Source: Antedon mediterranea
Taxonomy: Eukaryota; Animalia; Echinodermata
DNA length: 64,000 nucleotides
Direction: 5' to 3'
Assembly (NCBI RefSeq): GCF_964355755.1
Contig: NC_092672.1
Span: 18,613,237-18,677,236 of the forward strand
In this document: piece by piece, positions 12,968 through 24,660 of the stretch
Numbering within the stretch: the first letter of the stretch is position 1
How the letters are laid out: every line of letters starts with the position of its first letter
Translations under genes and position numbers: made by a program
Notes under the pieces: generated by a model
What the model saw: only the letters and a program-made list of their open reading frames with translations
What the model was told of the DNA's origin: nothing
The model's database searches: none

Positions 12968-15900
12968 TTTTTTTCATCATCACCCTACAGTGACCAAACG
13001 TCACCATTAACAGGGCTGAAAGTCGTAAAATATAACATATAATATACAAGCAAAAATCAACAGATAACAAGACAACATTTAAATATTACTGACATTAGAC
13101 AAAACCTTGTGACGGAAACAAGCAAGGGAATCAAAAAAAATATCAACAGATCCATCAATTTTACATAGTGAATGGTATAACTTAGGCAAACGATTAACAA
13201 AACCATTTTTAGTAATATTTACCCTCCCTCTTGATATAGAAAATAAAGCAGGATAACGCAATTGATATTGAGGAACAGAAATAGGAAAGTACACTTCAAA
13301 ATTACCATGAAAAATTGAGTTCACAGCCTTAAAAAGAAAAATTAAATCAAATAACTTACGCCTACCCGCTAAATTAAAAAGAACGTCTTTGCTAATAGAA
13401 CCAAATTTACGCACATAAAATCGACAAAACTTGTTCTGTACACTTTGTAATCTAGAAGACTGGGCAAGAGAAATAGAGTTAAAAATAACACTGCAGAATT
13501 CAAGATTCGACCTAACTAAAGATTTGTATAAAATAACTAATGCCTTTTTATCGTTGATATGTCTGCAATGTCTCCAATGAAAACCCAAAAGTCTATTGCA
13601 TTTAGAGACTATAAAATCAATATGTTTACAGAAGGTTAATGAACTATCTAAAAAAACACCAAGGTCTTTGTGAACAGAGACTCTTTCAAGTATAATATTC
13701 TTAATATAAAAGTCAAAATAGATGGGTTTTTTCTTAAGAGTAAAAGACATTGATTTGCATTTAGAGGCATTGACTGACATATTCCAAGTGTCGCACCAGT
13801 GAATGAGTCTGTCAACGTCTTCTTGTAACAACAACATATCATTTAAAGTTTGTATAGACTTAAATAATTTGATATCGTCAGCAAACATAAGAACATTAGA
13901 ATGACGAGGAACAAAGGAAAAATCGTTAATAAACATAATGAAAAAAAGAGGCCCCAAAATAGACCCCTGAGGCACTCCAGATAAAACTGGAAGCCATTCA
14001 GACGCGTTACCATCAAAAGTGACTCTCTGAAACCTGTCCGATAAATAACTTGTAAAAAATAAAATTAAATCGTGATTTAGACCAAATTTTTGAAGTATAA
14101 ACAAGAGCAACTTATGGGAGACCCTGTCAAAGGCTTTAGCCATGTCTGTATATACAACTTCGCATTGCCCTTTTGCATTTATTGCGTCATACGCATGTGA
14201 CAACAGAACAGACAAATTTGTTTCACAAGACCTTCCTGGGTAAAATCCGTGTTGATGGTCACTAATAACTGGTGATATATGTTTAAAAATTTGGTCGTGA
14301 ACAATTTTTTCAAAAACTTTAGAAATAGTTGGCAACAATGAAACCGGTCTATAATTGCGTACATCAGATTTAGAACCAGCTTTAAAGATAGGGCACACGT
14401 TAGCTTGCTTCCATTTTATCGGAAAACGTTTCTCAGAAATGCATCTTTCAAATAAAATTTTACAAGGGAAAGAAAGAGGTTTGGCAGCTAAAGACAAAAC
14501 AATATTACTTAGACCATCATTACCTGAAGCCTTATGAGAATCAATTTCATTAATGTGCTTTTCTATAACCTCCTGATTAAACTCAAGTTTAGATAAGCAA
14601 TCGATGGGATATTCAGGAAGATTAGGAACATCCAAATCTTTGTTAACAGGACTAAAAACAGAATAAAAAAAAAATTGGTTAAGTAAGTTTGCTTTGTCTT
14701 TTACAGTGTAAGCTGACTGATTATTAAAATGTAGTTCCGAAGGAATGTTATTATTATTTTTTCTTGAGGATTTTATCCAAGACCAAAAACGTTTCGGATT
14801 ACAACTTAAATTACAACATAATGAATTAACATAGGTACGATACTTAAATCTACAAAGTCGTTTAAAATTTGACCTAGCAAATCGAAAATTTTCAATATTT
14901 AACCTATTTGGATTACGTTTTTTTTCTCTAAAATATGATTCTTTAGATTTCAAAGCAGTGTAGAGCTCATTATCAAACCATGGTGGGAGTTTTCTCTTAG
15001 GTCTGAAAACAGGGACAAGATCTTTGATAGTAGCAAAAATAAAATCATAAAATAAATTAACTGCCTCATCAATGTCAACGGCAAGATCAAGTAAATTCCA
15101 AGGAATATGAGAAAGTGTTTGTATAAAATCTAATTTGTTAAGTTTTTTAAAATTATATAACAATCGATCGTCATTATTGATAAGGTGTTTGTTAAACTCT
15201 ATAGGATATTTAAAATTTATTGCACAGTGATCAGAAGTGAAAATATCTTCACCGAATGAAACTTCATGGCATATAGTATTGCACAAGACAAGATCAAGAG
15301 TGTGATCGGCACATGTCGGAAAATATACAAATTGATTAAAATTATTACCCTGTAAAGTATTATCTATAAAAAATTTGCCATTGGAGTTGTCGGGAGCTTC
15401 ACATTCTACAATATTGCACTTATTATAACTATTCAAACGCCATTTTATCTCAGGTAGATTAAAATCTCCTAATAACATAACGTCATGATTGAAACCCTGA
15501 AATTCATATTGCACATTGTTTATAGATTCACAGAGACGATCGATTTGAGATTTAGGTGCCGATGGTGGGCGATAATATATACCAATAATTAAACATTTTT
15601 TTCTAGACAGTTGAATTTTGACCCACATTAGTTCTTGACTTTCATCTTCAAACTTAATGAGACGACACGACCTGTATTTGTTGTTAATTAAGAGTAAAAC
15701 TCCACCGCCTCTCTTGTCCTCTTGCCGGTCCCTGCGATATAGATTAAAGCCATCTAAAGACAGTTCACAATCAATTACAGTGTTATTTAACCAGGTTTCA
15801 GTTAATGCTACAACGTCTATGTATCTTGTGCACATGTGACTAAACAATTCCGATTTATATGATTCCATTTTATTTTTTACACTACGAACGTTTTGGTAGT

Positions 15901-16700
15901 ACACCTTTAAAGAGCTACTTTTGTTGTTCGAATTAGTAGCATTCGGGCCAGGATTGACTTCTATGTCCCCTCCAAGTACAACAGACCAAATACGTAGAGT
16001 ACTAACCGAATTTGAATAGTATGACACAGCCCTGCCAAGGAATTTAAACTTCGATTTCTTTCGTACTTGTAATGATGTAAGGCCAGTTATTGTTATTGCA
16101 CATTTTGAATAATAAATAGGTATCGGATGAAAATCGTCGTCAATGTAAACAGCATCATTAAAATAGTAGAAAAAGTATTGCACAAAGTTGTTCATAGAAC
16201 GTTTTGTAAGTTCCAATTCGACTTGGTTCCACTTAACATACTGACCTGGACAGCTGGTTATTGCACATTTTGAATAAGAAAATGGTATCGGATGAAAATC
16301 GTCGTCAAGAATAAATCGAATGTAGACTGCATCGGTAAAATAGTAGAAAAAATATTGCACAAAGTTGTTCATAGAACGCTTTGTATATTCCATTTCAACT
16401 AGGCTCCATTTAACATTTGCATACTGACCTGGACAGCTGACTACACAGACCCCTTCACACACCGGTAATGCTATTCTTTGAAATTCGCTCTGCCGGCCTA
16501 AGCTTATTGTGCTAAAATTCACGTATTTATACAAAGATTGGTGAAAATTGTTGTCACAATTGCATCCATATCCACTCCAAAACACTTCGTGATCATCATT
16601 AAAGGGATATTGTGTTGGGGTAAACGAGTAAGTAAATAAAATAAACGAGACACAACAGAGCAAAAATACGGCGGTGTTCATTGTTCAATGCTCAAAAGTT
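12915..16700 (-). mobile_element. Apparently intact non-LTR retrotransposon (CR1/L2/Jockey group, APE-RT) with poly(A) tail
   Basis: Uninterrupted 1200-aa ORF. 3' UTR of ~100 nt with a stem-loop (ccct..gtgac-caaac-gtcac..aggg, 12983-13015). T-tract 12915-12974 is the poly(A) tail on the minus strand. The 5' boundary is approximate. Confidence 0.93.
13079..16681 (-). CDS. LINE polyprotein: N-terminal hydrophobic leader and duplicated domain, 2A-like peptide, AP endonuclease, reverse transcriptase
   Basis: APE motifs YYQNVRS, ALTETWL, RGGGVLL, YYRPP, GDFNLP, TLDLV, SDH. RT motifs NYRPVSLL, QHGF, DMAKAFDRV, GVPQGSILGP, FADD. DIEVNPGP at aa 239-246 (nt 15967-15944). Confidence 0.95.
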   Translation of the reverse strand: MNTAVFLLCCVSFILFTYSFTPTQYPFNDDHEVFWSGYGCNCDNNFHQSLYKYVNFSTISLGRQSEFQRIALPVCEGVCVVSCPGQYANVKWSLVEMEYTKRSMNNFVQYFFYYFTDAVYIRFILDDDFHPIPFSYSKCAITSCPGQYVKWNQVELELTKRSMNNFVQYFFYYFNDAVYIDDDFHPIPIYYSKCAITITGLTSLQVRKKSKFKFLGRAVSYYSNSVSTLRIWSVVLGGDIEVNPGPNATNSNNKSSSLKVYYQNVRSVKNKMESYKSELFSHMCTRYIDVVALTETWLNNTVIDCELSLDGFNLYRRDRQEDKRGGGVLLLINNKYRSCRLIKFEDESQELMWVKIQLSRKKCLIIGIYYRPPSAPKSQIDRLCESINNVQYEFQGFNHDVMLLGDFNLPEIKWRLNSYNKCNIVECEAPDNSNGKFFIDNTLQGNNFNQFVYFPTCADHTLDLVLCNTICHEVSFGEDIFTSDHCAINFKYPIEFNKHLINNDDRLLYNFKKLNKLDFIQTLSHIPWNLLDLAVDIDEAVNLFYDFIFATIKDLVPVFRPKRKLPPWFDNELYTALKSKESYFREKKRNPNRLNIENFRFARSNFKRLCRFKYRTYVNSLCCNLSCNPKRFWSWIKSSRKNNNNIPSELHFNNQSAYTVKDKANLLNQFFFYSVFSPVNKDLDVPNLPEYPIDCLSKLEFNQEVIEKHINEIDSHKASGNDGLSNIVLSLAAKPLSFPCKILFERCISEKRFPIKWKQANVCPIFKAGSKSDVRNYRPVSLLPTISKVFEKIVHDQIFKHISPVISDHQHGFYPGRSCETNLSVLLSHAYDAINAKGQCEVVYTDMAKAFDRVSHKLLLFILQKFGLNHDLILFFTSYLSDRFQRVTFDGNASEWLPVLSGVPQGSILGPLFFIMFINDFSFVPRHSNVLMFADDIKLFKSIQTLNDMLLLQEDVDRLIHWCDTWNMSVNASKCKSMSFTLKKKPIYFDFYIKNIILERVSVHKDLGVFLDSSLTFCKHIDFIVSKCNRLLGFHWRHCRHINDKKALVILYKSLVRSNLEFCSVIFNSISLAQSSRLQSVQNKFCRFYVRKFGSISKDVLFNLAGRRKLFDLIFLFKAVNSIFHGNFEVYFPISVPQYQLRYPALFSISRGRVNITKNGFVNRLPKLYHSLCKIDGSVDIFFDSLACFRHKVLSNVSNI

Positions 16701-16859
16701 GACTGATCCTGGCGTAATAAAGAATGCTGCATTTCTTACACAGGTGGAGATCCATTCAATGCTGACGGTAATGACCTTTATAATCTTGCAAAGAAATAAT
16801 GAATAAAAAAGTGACTAGAACATAATATAACATGATGACAGAAAATGTTTGGTAAAAGA

Positions 16860-17560
16860 ACATCTTGTAGAAAGGCACACACGTCGAGAAAGTGACCTCT
16901 AAATCATTTAAAATGATTGGGTTTATTCGTTCTGTAGCTAATAGTTGTTCATCAAAAGTTCTTTTAAAATTGTATTCATCTCTTATTTTGCTATTCAATA
17001 TTGCTGTAACAATTAATTCAACATCGTGCCACCCGTTTCCTTTTAAATCAGAAAAGGCAAGAAGACTCGTATGGCTCATCGTCCTTAAAATGTGTACTAC
17101 TGCTGCTAAGCGGGATTATTTTACTATTTTATATGTTTGTCGTTTATTATTTTACATGTGTTCCAATAGTTCAATTATACTTGACAATATCCAACAGAGC
17201 TCTCGCCATGTTGAAAAAATGTAAATTTAGCATTCCTGCTAGATTTGTAAGGATCTGGAATTCCTTGCCTTTGGATGTCAAAGATACATTCGTCTGTAAC
17301 TCTTGGACCTATTTTAAGAGAAAGCTTAGTAATCATTTTAATCAAATTCATGATTGTAGTAACTTACTCTAAAGTGATTTGATTAATTAATAGTAGGTAA
17401 TTTTAAAGGCTGTATATCATAATCTTAATCCTGTATTCATATTTATATATATATACATCATTTTTTTGTTTGTTTATATTTTTATAGTGCAATTTTATAT
17501 AATACAATAATTAGTTTTTAGTGCATATCTGTATGGAGCGGCACGCCCTTTGTAGTAGTA
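16860..17560 (+). mobile_element. Decayed 3' fragment of a CR1/L2-group LINE
   Basis: Broken reading frames resembling the RT C-terminus (KSFKMIGFIRSVANSCSSKVLLKLYSSLI; RFVRIWNSLP...FKRKL). Confidence 0.6.
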
Positions 17561-19039
17561 GTCTGACAGCTTTTATCTTTCCTTAGAAACACGTTTTATG
17601 TTATATTTGTATTGTCTTTACTGAAAGGAATAAAATAAATAAAAATAACTATCCAACAAAAAAAAAAACAGAATCTTGTTAATATATTAATTTTTAATAT
17701 ACATCTGTATCTTTGTTCTTGTTTTGTTTGTGTAATATAGACGTTTATTATTTTATTGATGAATATTATTTTGAAGTCATTATCCGTCCTCATATTTGGA
17801 TAGGACATAATACTGTATTTATAGTCGTAGATGTTTCGTAAAACCATCCAAAGTATGTTGATATAATATCCGACTGGAGAATAGTGACTTAGTTGAATCT
17901 GGTTGAATTTTCTTGTAGTCTTCTGTTGTTAAGTTCATGTCTTGATTTTGGTGGTAATAATGTTTGGTGGTTTGTCTTATGACGTAGGAAAATGGCCGAG
18001 GATTACCGATCGCAGGATTGCAAAGAAATTGGTCTAAAAACACAGTTTTCGTACAAATTTGCCATTCTAATATAGACTAATGGATAAAGGGGAATTAAAA
18101 GGTGCCCCAGCTGAAACGGCGCTAGTATCAGACTTGCGGTTTAAGAGGAGATAGAGGAACACATTTTGGCTTAGTGCTATTATATTATAGATATCTTGGA
18201 TTTGTCACCCTTTAAGCTTATTTAGAAAATAGCAAAATATTGTGTATAATACTTTATATCCTAAAGACACTAATCAGCTGGAATGTTGCTTTTAACGAAT
18301 AAAATTACACAAAATTACGAAATTGCTCAGTACCAGATCGACAGCTTATGAATTGAACACTAGCTGGTAATTGAAGAGACTGCTCAAAGAACGGTGTGTG
18401 TTTGGGAATTTTTTTATATATTAATTTAATTTGATTAAAAATATTATTGCACAATAATTGACCAAACAATTTAAAATAGATCCGATGATTTCACTAATAA
18501 TTTAGTAAAATAATAAAATAATAGTTTCTCTAATAACTATTATTATTAATTCTAAGTGTAGGCTAACTGCGGACTACAAAGTGGTGGATGAGAGTTTGGT
18601 GTGTAATGGTTATGTATCCAGCCTCTCACAGTTGAGATTGCTGGTTAAATTTTAATTTTTTTATTTCTTTTTTTTTTTGTGGACCTTGATCTTTGACCCT
18701 GACCCTTCAAAATTTAACCACAATTATCCATAATGAGTCGTATAAAAACTGTGGTCTCTAGGCAGTAAAATAGTTTCTGTTAGTTGTGACCTTGACCTAT
18801 GACCTTTTCCCCTCAAATTCGAACTCGTCCGAGCTTTTGGGGCATAGATCATTGTGGCCAAATTTGGTGAGAATCTGATAAAAACTGTGGCCTCAAGGAT
18901 GTTCAAAGACACACGTACACGTATAAACATACAGGGATGAAAATATACCCTCCTTGGCGGAGGTAATAATTAGTTTATTCATTAATGTTGCTTAATGTAG
19001 ACCGAGGTATCAATATATTATACTCAAATTGAAATCAAT

Positions 19040-21950
19040 CATTGTTGTAGTGTGAGACAAATAAGTGTGTTTTAAGTGCCCCTTTAAAAATGTAAGTAAG
19101 CACTGCGGAGCTTGTATGGAAGAGCATTCCATAGAGTCGGCGCGGCCCTCATGAAACACCTTTCACCATACGATTTGGTTTTAACTATAGGAACACATAA
19201 AGTAAAAGATTCCTGTGATCGTAATTATCCTATTTGGTTGATGAACCTTCAGCATATCATTGATGTAGGCCTAAGTCGGCTCCTGATTATGCAATGCCTT
19301 GAAGGTGTGTAGCCTACAAGTAACTTATACTTTATGCCCGCCTGCACCGGTAGCCAATGGAGCTCCTTCAAAATAGTAATGCTCATATTTACAGGTTTTT
19401 GTAATAATTCGCGCTCCCGTATTCTGAACTTTTTGTAATTTATTGATAGTTGTAGTTGGCAGACCATAAAGTAAGGTGTCACAATAGTCCATACGAGAGA
19501 GATCACCAGCGACTGTATTAATGATTTCATCATATGTTAGATGACGTCTAATATGAGAGATGATACGTAAGTGCATATAACACTGCCGCGAGATGGATTG
19601 CAAATGTGAATCCATAGTAAGATGTTTATCGAATATTACTCCGAGGTCGCTCACAGTCGACGTTGGTTTTAGAACTATGTTTCCGACATTCACGTCCAAT
19701 TTATACTGGTCTTATTGTACCGCGACGAAAAGAGTATCACTTCCGTTTTTCCCTCATTTAATTTCAGTTTGGGTCATCCATACCTTGACATCTGAAACAC
19801 ATTTTCCATCGAAATTAGAGCAGATTGTATTTCTGACTTGTCATTTGGGCGAAAAGAAACGTACATTTGCGTATCATCCGCATACAACTGGTAGCCGAGC
19901 CCATGTCGCCGAACGATTTATCCAATGGGGTTGGTGTAGATCGAATAAAACTTCGGTCCAAGGACCGATCCTTGCGGCACTCCATATATTAAGAAGAAGT
20001 GGATTCGAATGCGCATTATTAATGGATACTGACTGATAACGATCCTTCAGATAAGATGCAATCCATGCTAGAAAATGTCCACGTACTCTGAAATGATGAT
20101 AAAGCCGTTGAAGTAGTGTCTAATGGTCGATCGTATCAAAGGCGGCCGAAAGGTCGAGTAGTATAAGCGCAGAAGCGTAACCCTTGTCTAGAGACGCGAT
20201 AATGTCACTCTGGACCTTCAGAAGGACAGTCTCTGTTGAGTGAAATTTTCTGTATGCCGACTGATTGCACTCATAAACGCCATTAATTACAATATATTTA
20301 TTTAGGCTTGCGTCAACAACTTTTTCAAGGATTTTCGACATGAATGGTAAGTTAGATACAGGTCTATAGTTCTTGAGAGTCTCCTGATCTAGGCTACGTT
20401 TCTTTATGAGAGGTCTAAGAAGCGCATGTTTAAAATCACGTGGAACGTAACTCATCTGTAGTGATGCATTGACGATAGCTGTTATCATAGGGAGAAGTTC
20501 CTCAAGGTATCCTTCAGGAGCCATGTCGGTAGAGGATCTAATTCACGTGACTGACTCTTTGATTTTAGGACGCACTTCGTCTAGAGAAACCGTCATATAT
20601 TCCACTAAGGGTGTTGCATCAAACGTGTTCTTTGACGCATGTGCGTTTTGGTAGAGTCGGGTCATCGGTTTCACCGAATAGATGTCTTGACAACCTAAAT
20701 AAACATTTTTTATCCCGATCACAGACAGCTATCTTTTTCAGAATAGTATTCGATTCTAGATTGATGTTGCGCCATTTGCAATCTAATTTCCGTCGAAGAT
20801 GCTTGGCTTCGTAGAGCTGATCAGTGTACCAAGGACAATTAGGTACGTCTCTGCACAATAACCTTAGTACGTAAAGGTGCGTGTTTGTCAATTATTGATC
20901 GCAAGGAAATATCATATGTGGACAAATGTTCATCGACAGGATTTAATAACGATGTCGAAGAGCTCGAGACGAATGACTGGATATCTTCCCGAAACGCATC
21001 AACATCGATGGCACGTAACTTGCGGAAGGTAACCTTTTTATAGACCCGATTAGGTTTCGCTATAGCTGTTCTAAAATGAACAGCAAGGTGATCACAAGTC
21101 ATTGTCCCACTTTCATTAGAAAGGCCTTGATCGGTTACTGAGATATTAGATACCACACAGCTTGTATCTCTGACAATAACCATATCCAATGTGTGACCAT
21201 GGTTGTGTGTCGGGTCCTTCACAAGTTGTTTTAGACCATGCCAATCAAGAATATCAACAAAACGCTGAGAGTTACGATCTTCCGCGACATCTACATGAAA
21301 ATTAAGATCTCCTAGAATTAGAGTGTCTTTTAGAATTGTTACATACGAGAGAAACGTAGACCATTCTTTAAAAAAATCACTGATCTTTAGGCAGTTTACA
21401 GTAGATATGGTGGCGGACGATAAACAGTGGCAACGCGCAATACAACACCATCTATATTAACATCACAGTCCATGTATTCAAATTGAGTAAATCTTCTATC
21501 ATTGCTGGAACGTACAATTTTGGTTTTTATTGTTTTGGTCAATCAGGCTACCCCACCGCAGTGTCGACAGCAGGGACGCGGTATATGCTTAAAACCGTAC
21601 CTGGTGGAACTAATTCTCCTATCGAGGCTTTATCAATAGACGTTCCTAGCCAAGTCTCAGTAGATAAAAATAATGTCGAGATCATTATTAGTTGATATAA
21701 AATCATTGATTGATAGTTTTTTTTTGGAATGTTCTTATTTACTTGACATTCCGCAATGACAAGGTTACGTTCATTTATATACGCCGGATAGTGTTCGTTA
21801 AAATGTGCTTTAGTTCTTTTAGTTATTCTCACGGATATCCTTCTTTACATTTTGCAACCACCTTTTATCCCGCGAACCGTAGAGACTGTTCGGCATATAC
21901 CAACAGCTTTCATTGTTCTATACAGTTTACAAGGCTGAGTCTAGAGTAGC
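19040..21950 (-). pseudogene. Decayed near full-length L2-type LINE ORF2 (APE + RT) with frameshifts and stops
   Basis: Ordered fragments: STETWLG, DPTHNHGHTLDMVI, CDHLAV, IDKHAP, NYRPVSNLPFMSKILEKVV, HSTETVLLKVQSDI, LDLSAAFDTIDH, DLGVIFD, SRMDYCDTLLYGLP, LKELHWLPV. Confidence 0.9.
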
Positions 21951-22452
21951 GAATTTGCATCCCGTACATATGATATAATGTCATGTTATGTTGTTGCGAT
22001 GTTATTTTGAAATTTAGGCCTAAGTAGTGCAGTTTCAATTTGATTGTTGAAAGCAGACTGTTGTTTGCCGAGGTTTGTAATGATGGAGAAATTGTGAAAT
22101 TCTAAAAGTTACAATGTATCACAATAAAGAGTTTTGACAAACGATAAATTTCAGGTCTGTAGTTCTTCAACACATTGGGTTTCTTGAGTAATGGTCGAGA
22201 GCACTGCTGCTTTGAATGATGAGGAGAAAATTCCAGAAACAAGTTACTGGTTTACAATTTGAGTGTCGACAACTGAGTGACCTTATGGAAATAGCAAAGC
22301 CTTTATCACGATGATGAAGTTTATCAGTTACATGAAAACCCCGAAACATCAGAAAAATGAATAGCGGAATGGCGTTCAGCGAGTGATAGTTTATTCCTTT
22401 CGTTAAACATTTTATTAAGATTTTAAATTTACTCTCTCAATCAAGAAGTGAA

Positions 22453-22590
22453 GCTGCAGATTGGTGGTTAACGTGCTTGCCTTTCAATCCGAAGGTCCGG
22501 GGTTCAATCCTGACCTAAGATTTTTACTCACGACTCTTTCAATTCCACTCCCTAAGCCTCAAATGAGACTTTGAGACGAGTTTATAAGCA
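22453..22590 (+). mobile_element. tRNA-derived SINE relic
   Basis: A-box-like tggtggttaacg and B box ggttcaatcc at tRNA-like spacing; no full cloverleaf. Confidence 0.55.
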
Positions 22591-23299
22591 TGATAAATTA
22601 AATTATTAAATAGTAGGGGAGATAGGGGCTAAAAGTTACAAATTCAGTCTAATCTCCTCTGAATATTAAGTTTAAGACACAACCAGCACAATCTTCATCA
22701 GCCCATTCCTCACAGACACATGATCCAGATTTCTCTTGAAACTGACGCAGAATAATCTTCTTTGCAGCACAGCCAATTTCTTTCTTGTGCACTTTATCTT
22801 TTGAGCTAGGTTTATTCTTCTTCTTTGGTTCTGATGTTTCATCTAAAATTCTTTTTTACGCTTATAATTGCGTACCATCTGAATAAAATAGATAAATAAT
22901 ATAAACATTGTGTTTTCTCGATTGTTAGGGGTCCATATATCCAATTGACAAGAAAAACTAAATGATTAAGGCCTACAAAGCAAGAATAGGCCTATCTAGC
23001 AGTTTATTTATTTATATATGACAGTAATAGAGGCCTAGCTAGACTAAAATAGTAAAGTAGTAGTCTGTAAGAGTGTATAGGCCTATGACTATATTTATTT
23101 ACAGCAATTTGTTGAGGAAATTAAATATATCAATGTAAATAGGTGATATTGATACAGTTGAGTACGTATCGGCTGGTGCCTAGATAATCGGATGTAATGT
23201 ACATGATACCATAGATATTATAGTGTAAAATATTAATATTCACTATAATCCTCTATGATGATGATACACTATACTTCATAGCCACACATAAATACTGTA

Positions 23300-23605
23300 G
23301 GTAACCGCAGCGTTCCATTTTTTTATGTACGTCAGAATTGGATATACCGGTTTTCTGGCGGTGTCCTTTGTACGAATCGTTCGTGCCCGGCCCCAGCTCA
23401 CTCTATGAGTACGATACACGCGTCAATATCATGTTACACCCAAGGACCAAAAATTCGTATTTATTTAATTCATTTGCAACTCTTAGAAACTTACAGACAC
23501 GTATCGCTAGTACGCTCATACAGGGAAGAAGGTATGAGTTATTCACGAACGAGTTTACGAATATTTCAATTTACGAATAACATTTTGTACTGTGGGGCAC
23601 GTATT
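23300..23605 (+). mobile_element. Relic related to the internal sequence of the hAT-type family
   Basis: ctggcgg..tcctttgtacgaatcgttc and atatcatgtt..a.cca.ggaccaaaa are shared with 52519-52596; tgtggggcac is also shared. Confidence 0.55.
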
Positions 23606-24019
23606 TGGAGGATTTTAAGTGATGGGGTGAGGTATTGGGCATGTCGGGATGGGGATTTGCAGTCGGTTAGGGGGTTTCGCTGTAAAAGTGGGGGGGGGGG
23701 GGGGGGAGAGAACCAATAATACATCACTTAGAATAATAATCGCATTTTGTATTATATACTATATTGTATATATTATACTATTCGTAGTAGAATTCATCGG
23801 ACTGTTATCAAGCATTATCAGTATTTACCAAGCATTTGTTATTCTTTTTACCACTTTTCATATCTATTATAAATATTACCATATTATTAAAACTAATATT
23901 AAACGTATCCTTTGAATAAGCACCTCCCTCAAATTAACTCCGCCTCCCCACCTCCGCCCTACCAAACAATAAACACTATACTTTAAAATGTTATTAATCA
24001 TCTAAGACACTGTGAAACA

Positions 24020-24660
24020 GAGTAGGTTTATAGTTTTACGAATATCAAGCATTTCAATAATGGTAACCGACAGAAAACGTCTAAGTCAGTTCTTCTAAAA
24101 CCCTTTTACCAAACCAGATACAGAAAGTAGGGAAATGGTTTTTCCTATTTATTATGAGATTATGAAAAATCGAAAAACAATGGCAAGGACTATGAAGTTT
24201 TCTTCTATCCCCGAGAGTTTAGAAAGACGTTTGGAATAAGTAAGTTGGGCAATGTTATCATGATTGATAGTTTTTAGGCTAAATTAAAGTAAAATCGTTT
24301 ATAAACTCTTAAGTTTATTAACATTGCATCTCAGATTGGGGATAAATATTCTAGTAAAGGATGACAGAGAGCATAATACAAATAATTGAGATGTGAGAAC
24401 GCCCGGCAACAGCACACATTTGTGTCTTAGATAAAAAGAACGCCCGGCAACAGCACACATTTGTGTCTTAGATAAAAAGAACGCCCGGCAACAGCACACA
24501 TTTGTGTCTTAGATAAAAAGATATTGATTGAACGTCGGGTAATTGTAAGAAGGTGGATTTTCTCAGATTGAGTTTCATGACAATTGAGTTACTCCAAGAA
24601 ACAAAGTTTTCCAGGTCAGTTTGAAAATGATGAGCTGAATGTTTAGGCATCTTCTATGTT
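24020..24660 (-). mobile_element. Decayed LINE RT C-terminal fragment containing a 41-bp triplication
   Basis: QTDLENFVSWSNSIVMKLN is typical of the region after the RT YADD motif. The unit agaacgcccggcaacagcacacatttgtgtcttagataaaa starts at 24396, 24437 and 24478. Confidence 0.5.

Noticed and set aside
12753-13070. Lys-rich and Phe-rich ORFs
   Set aside because: They are translations of the LINE poly(A) tail.
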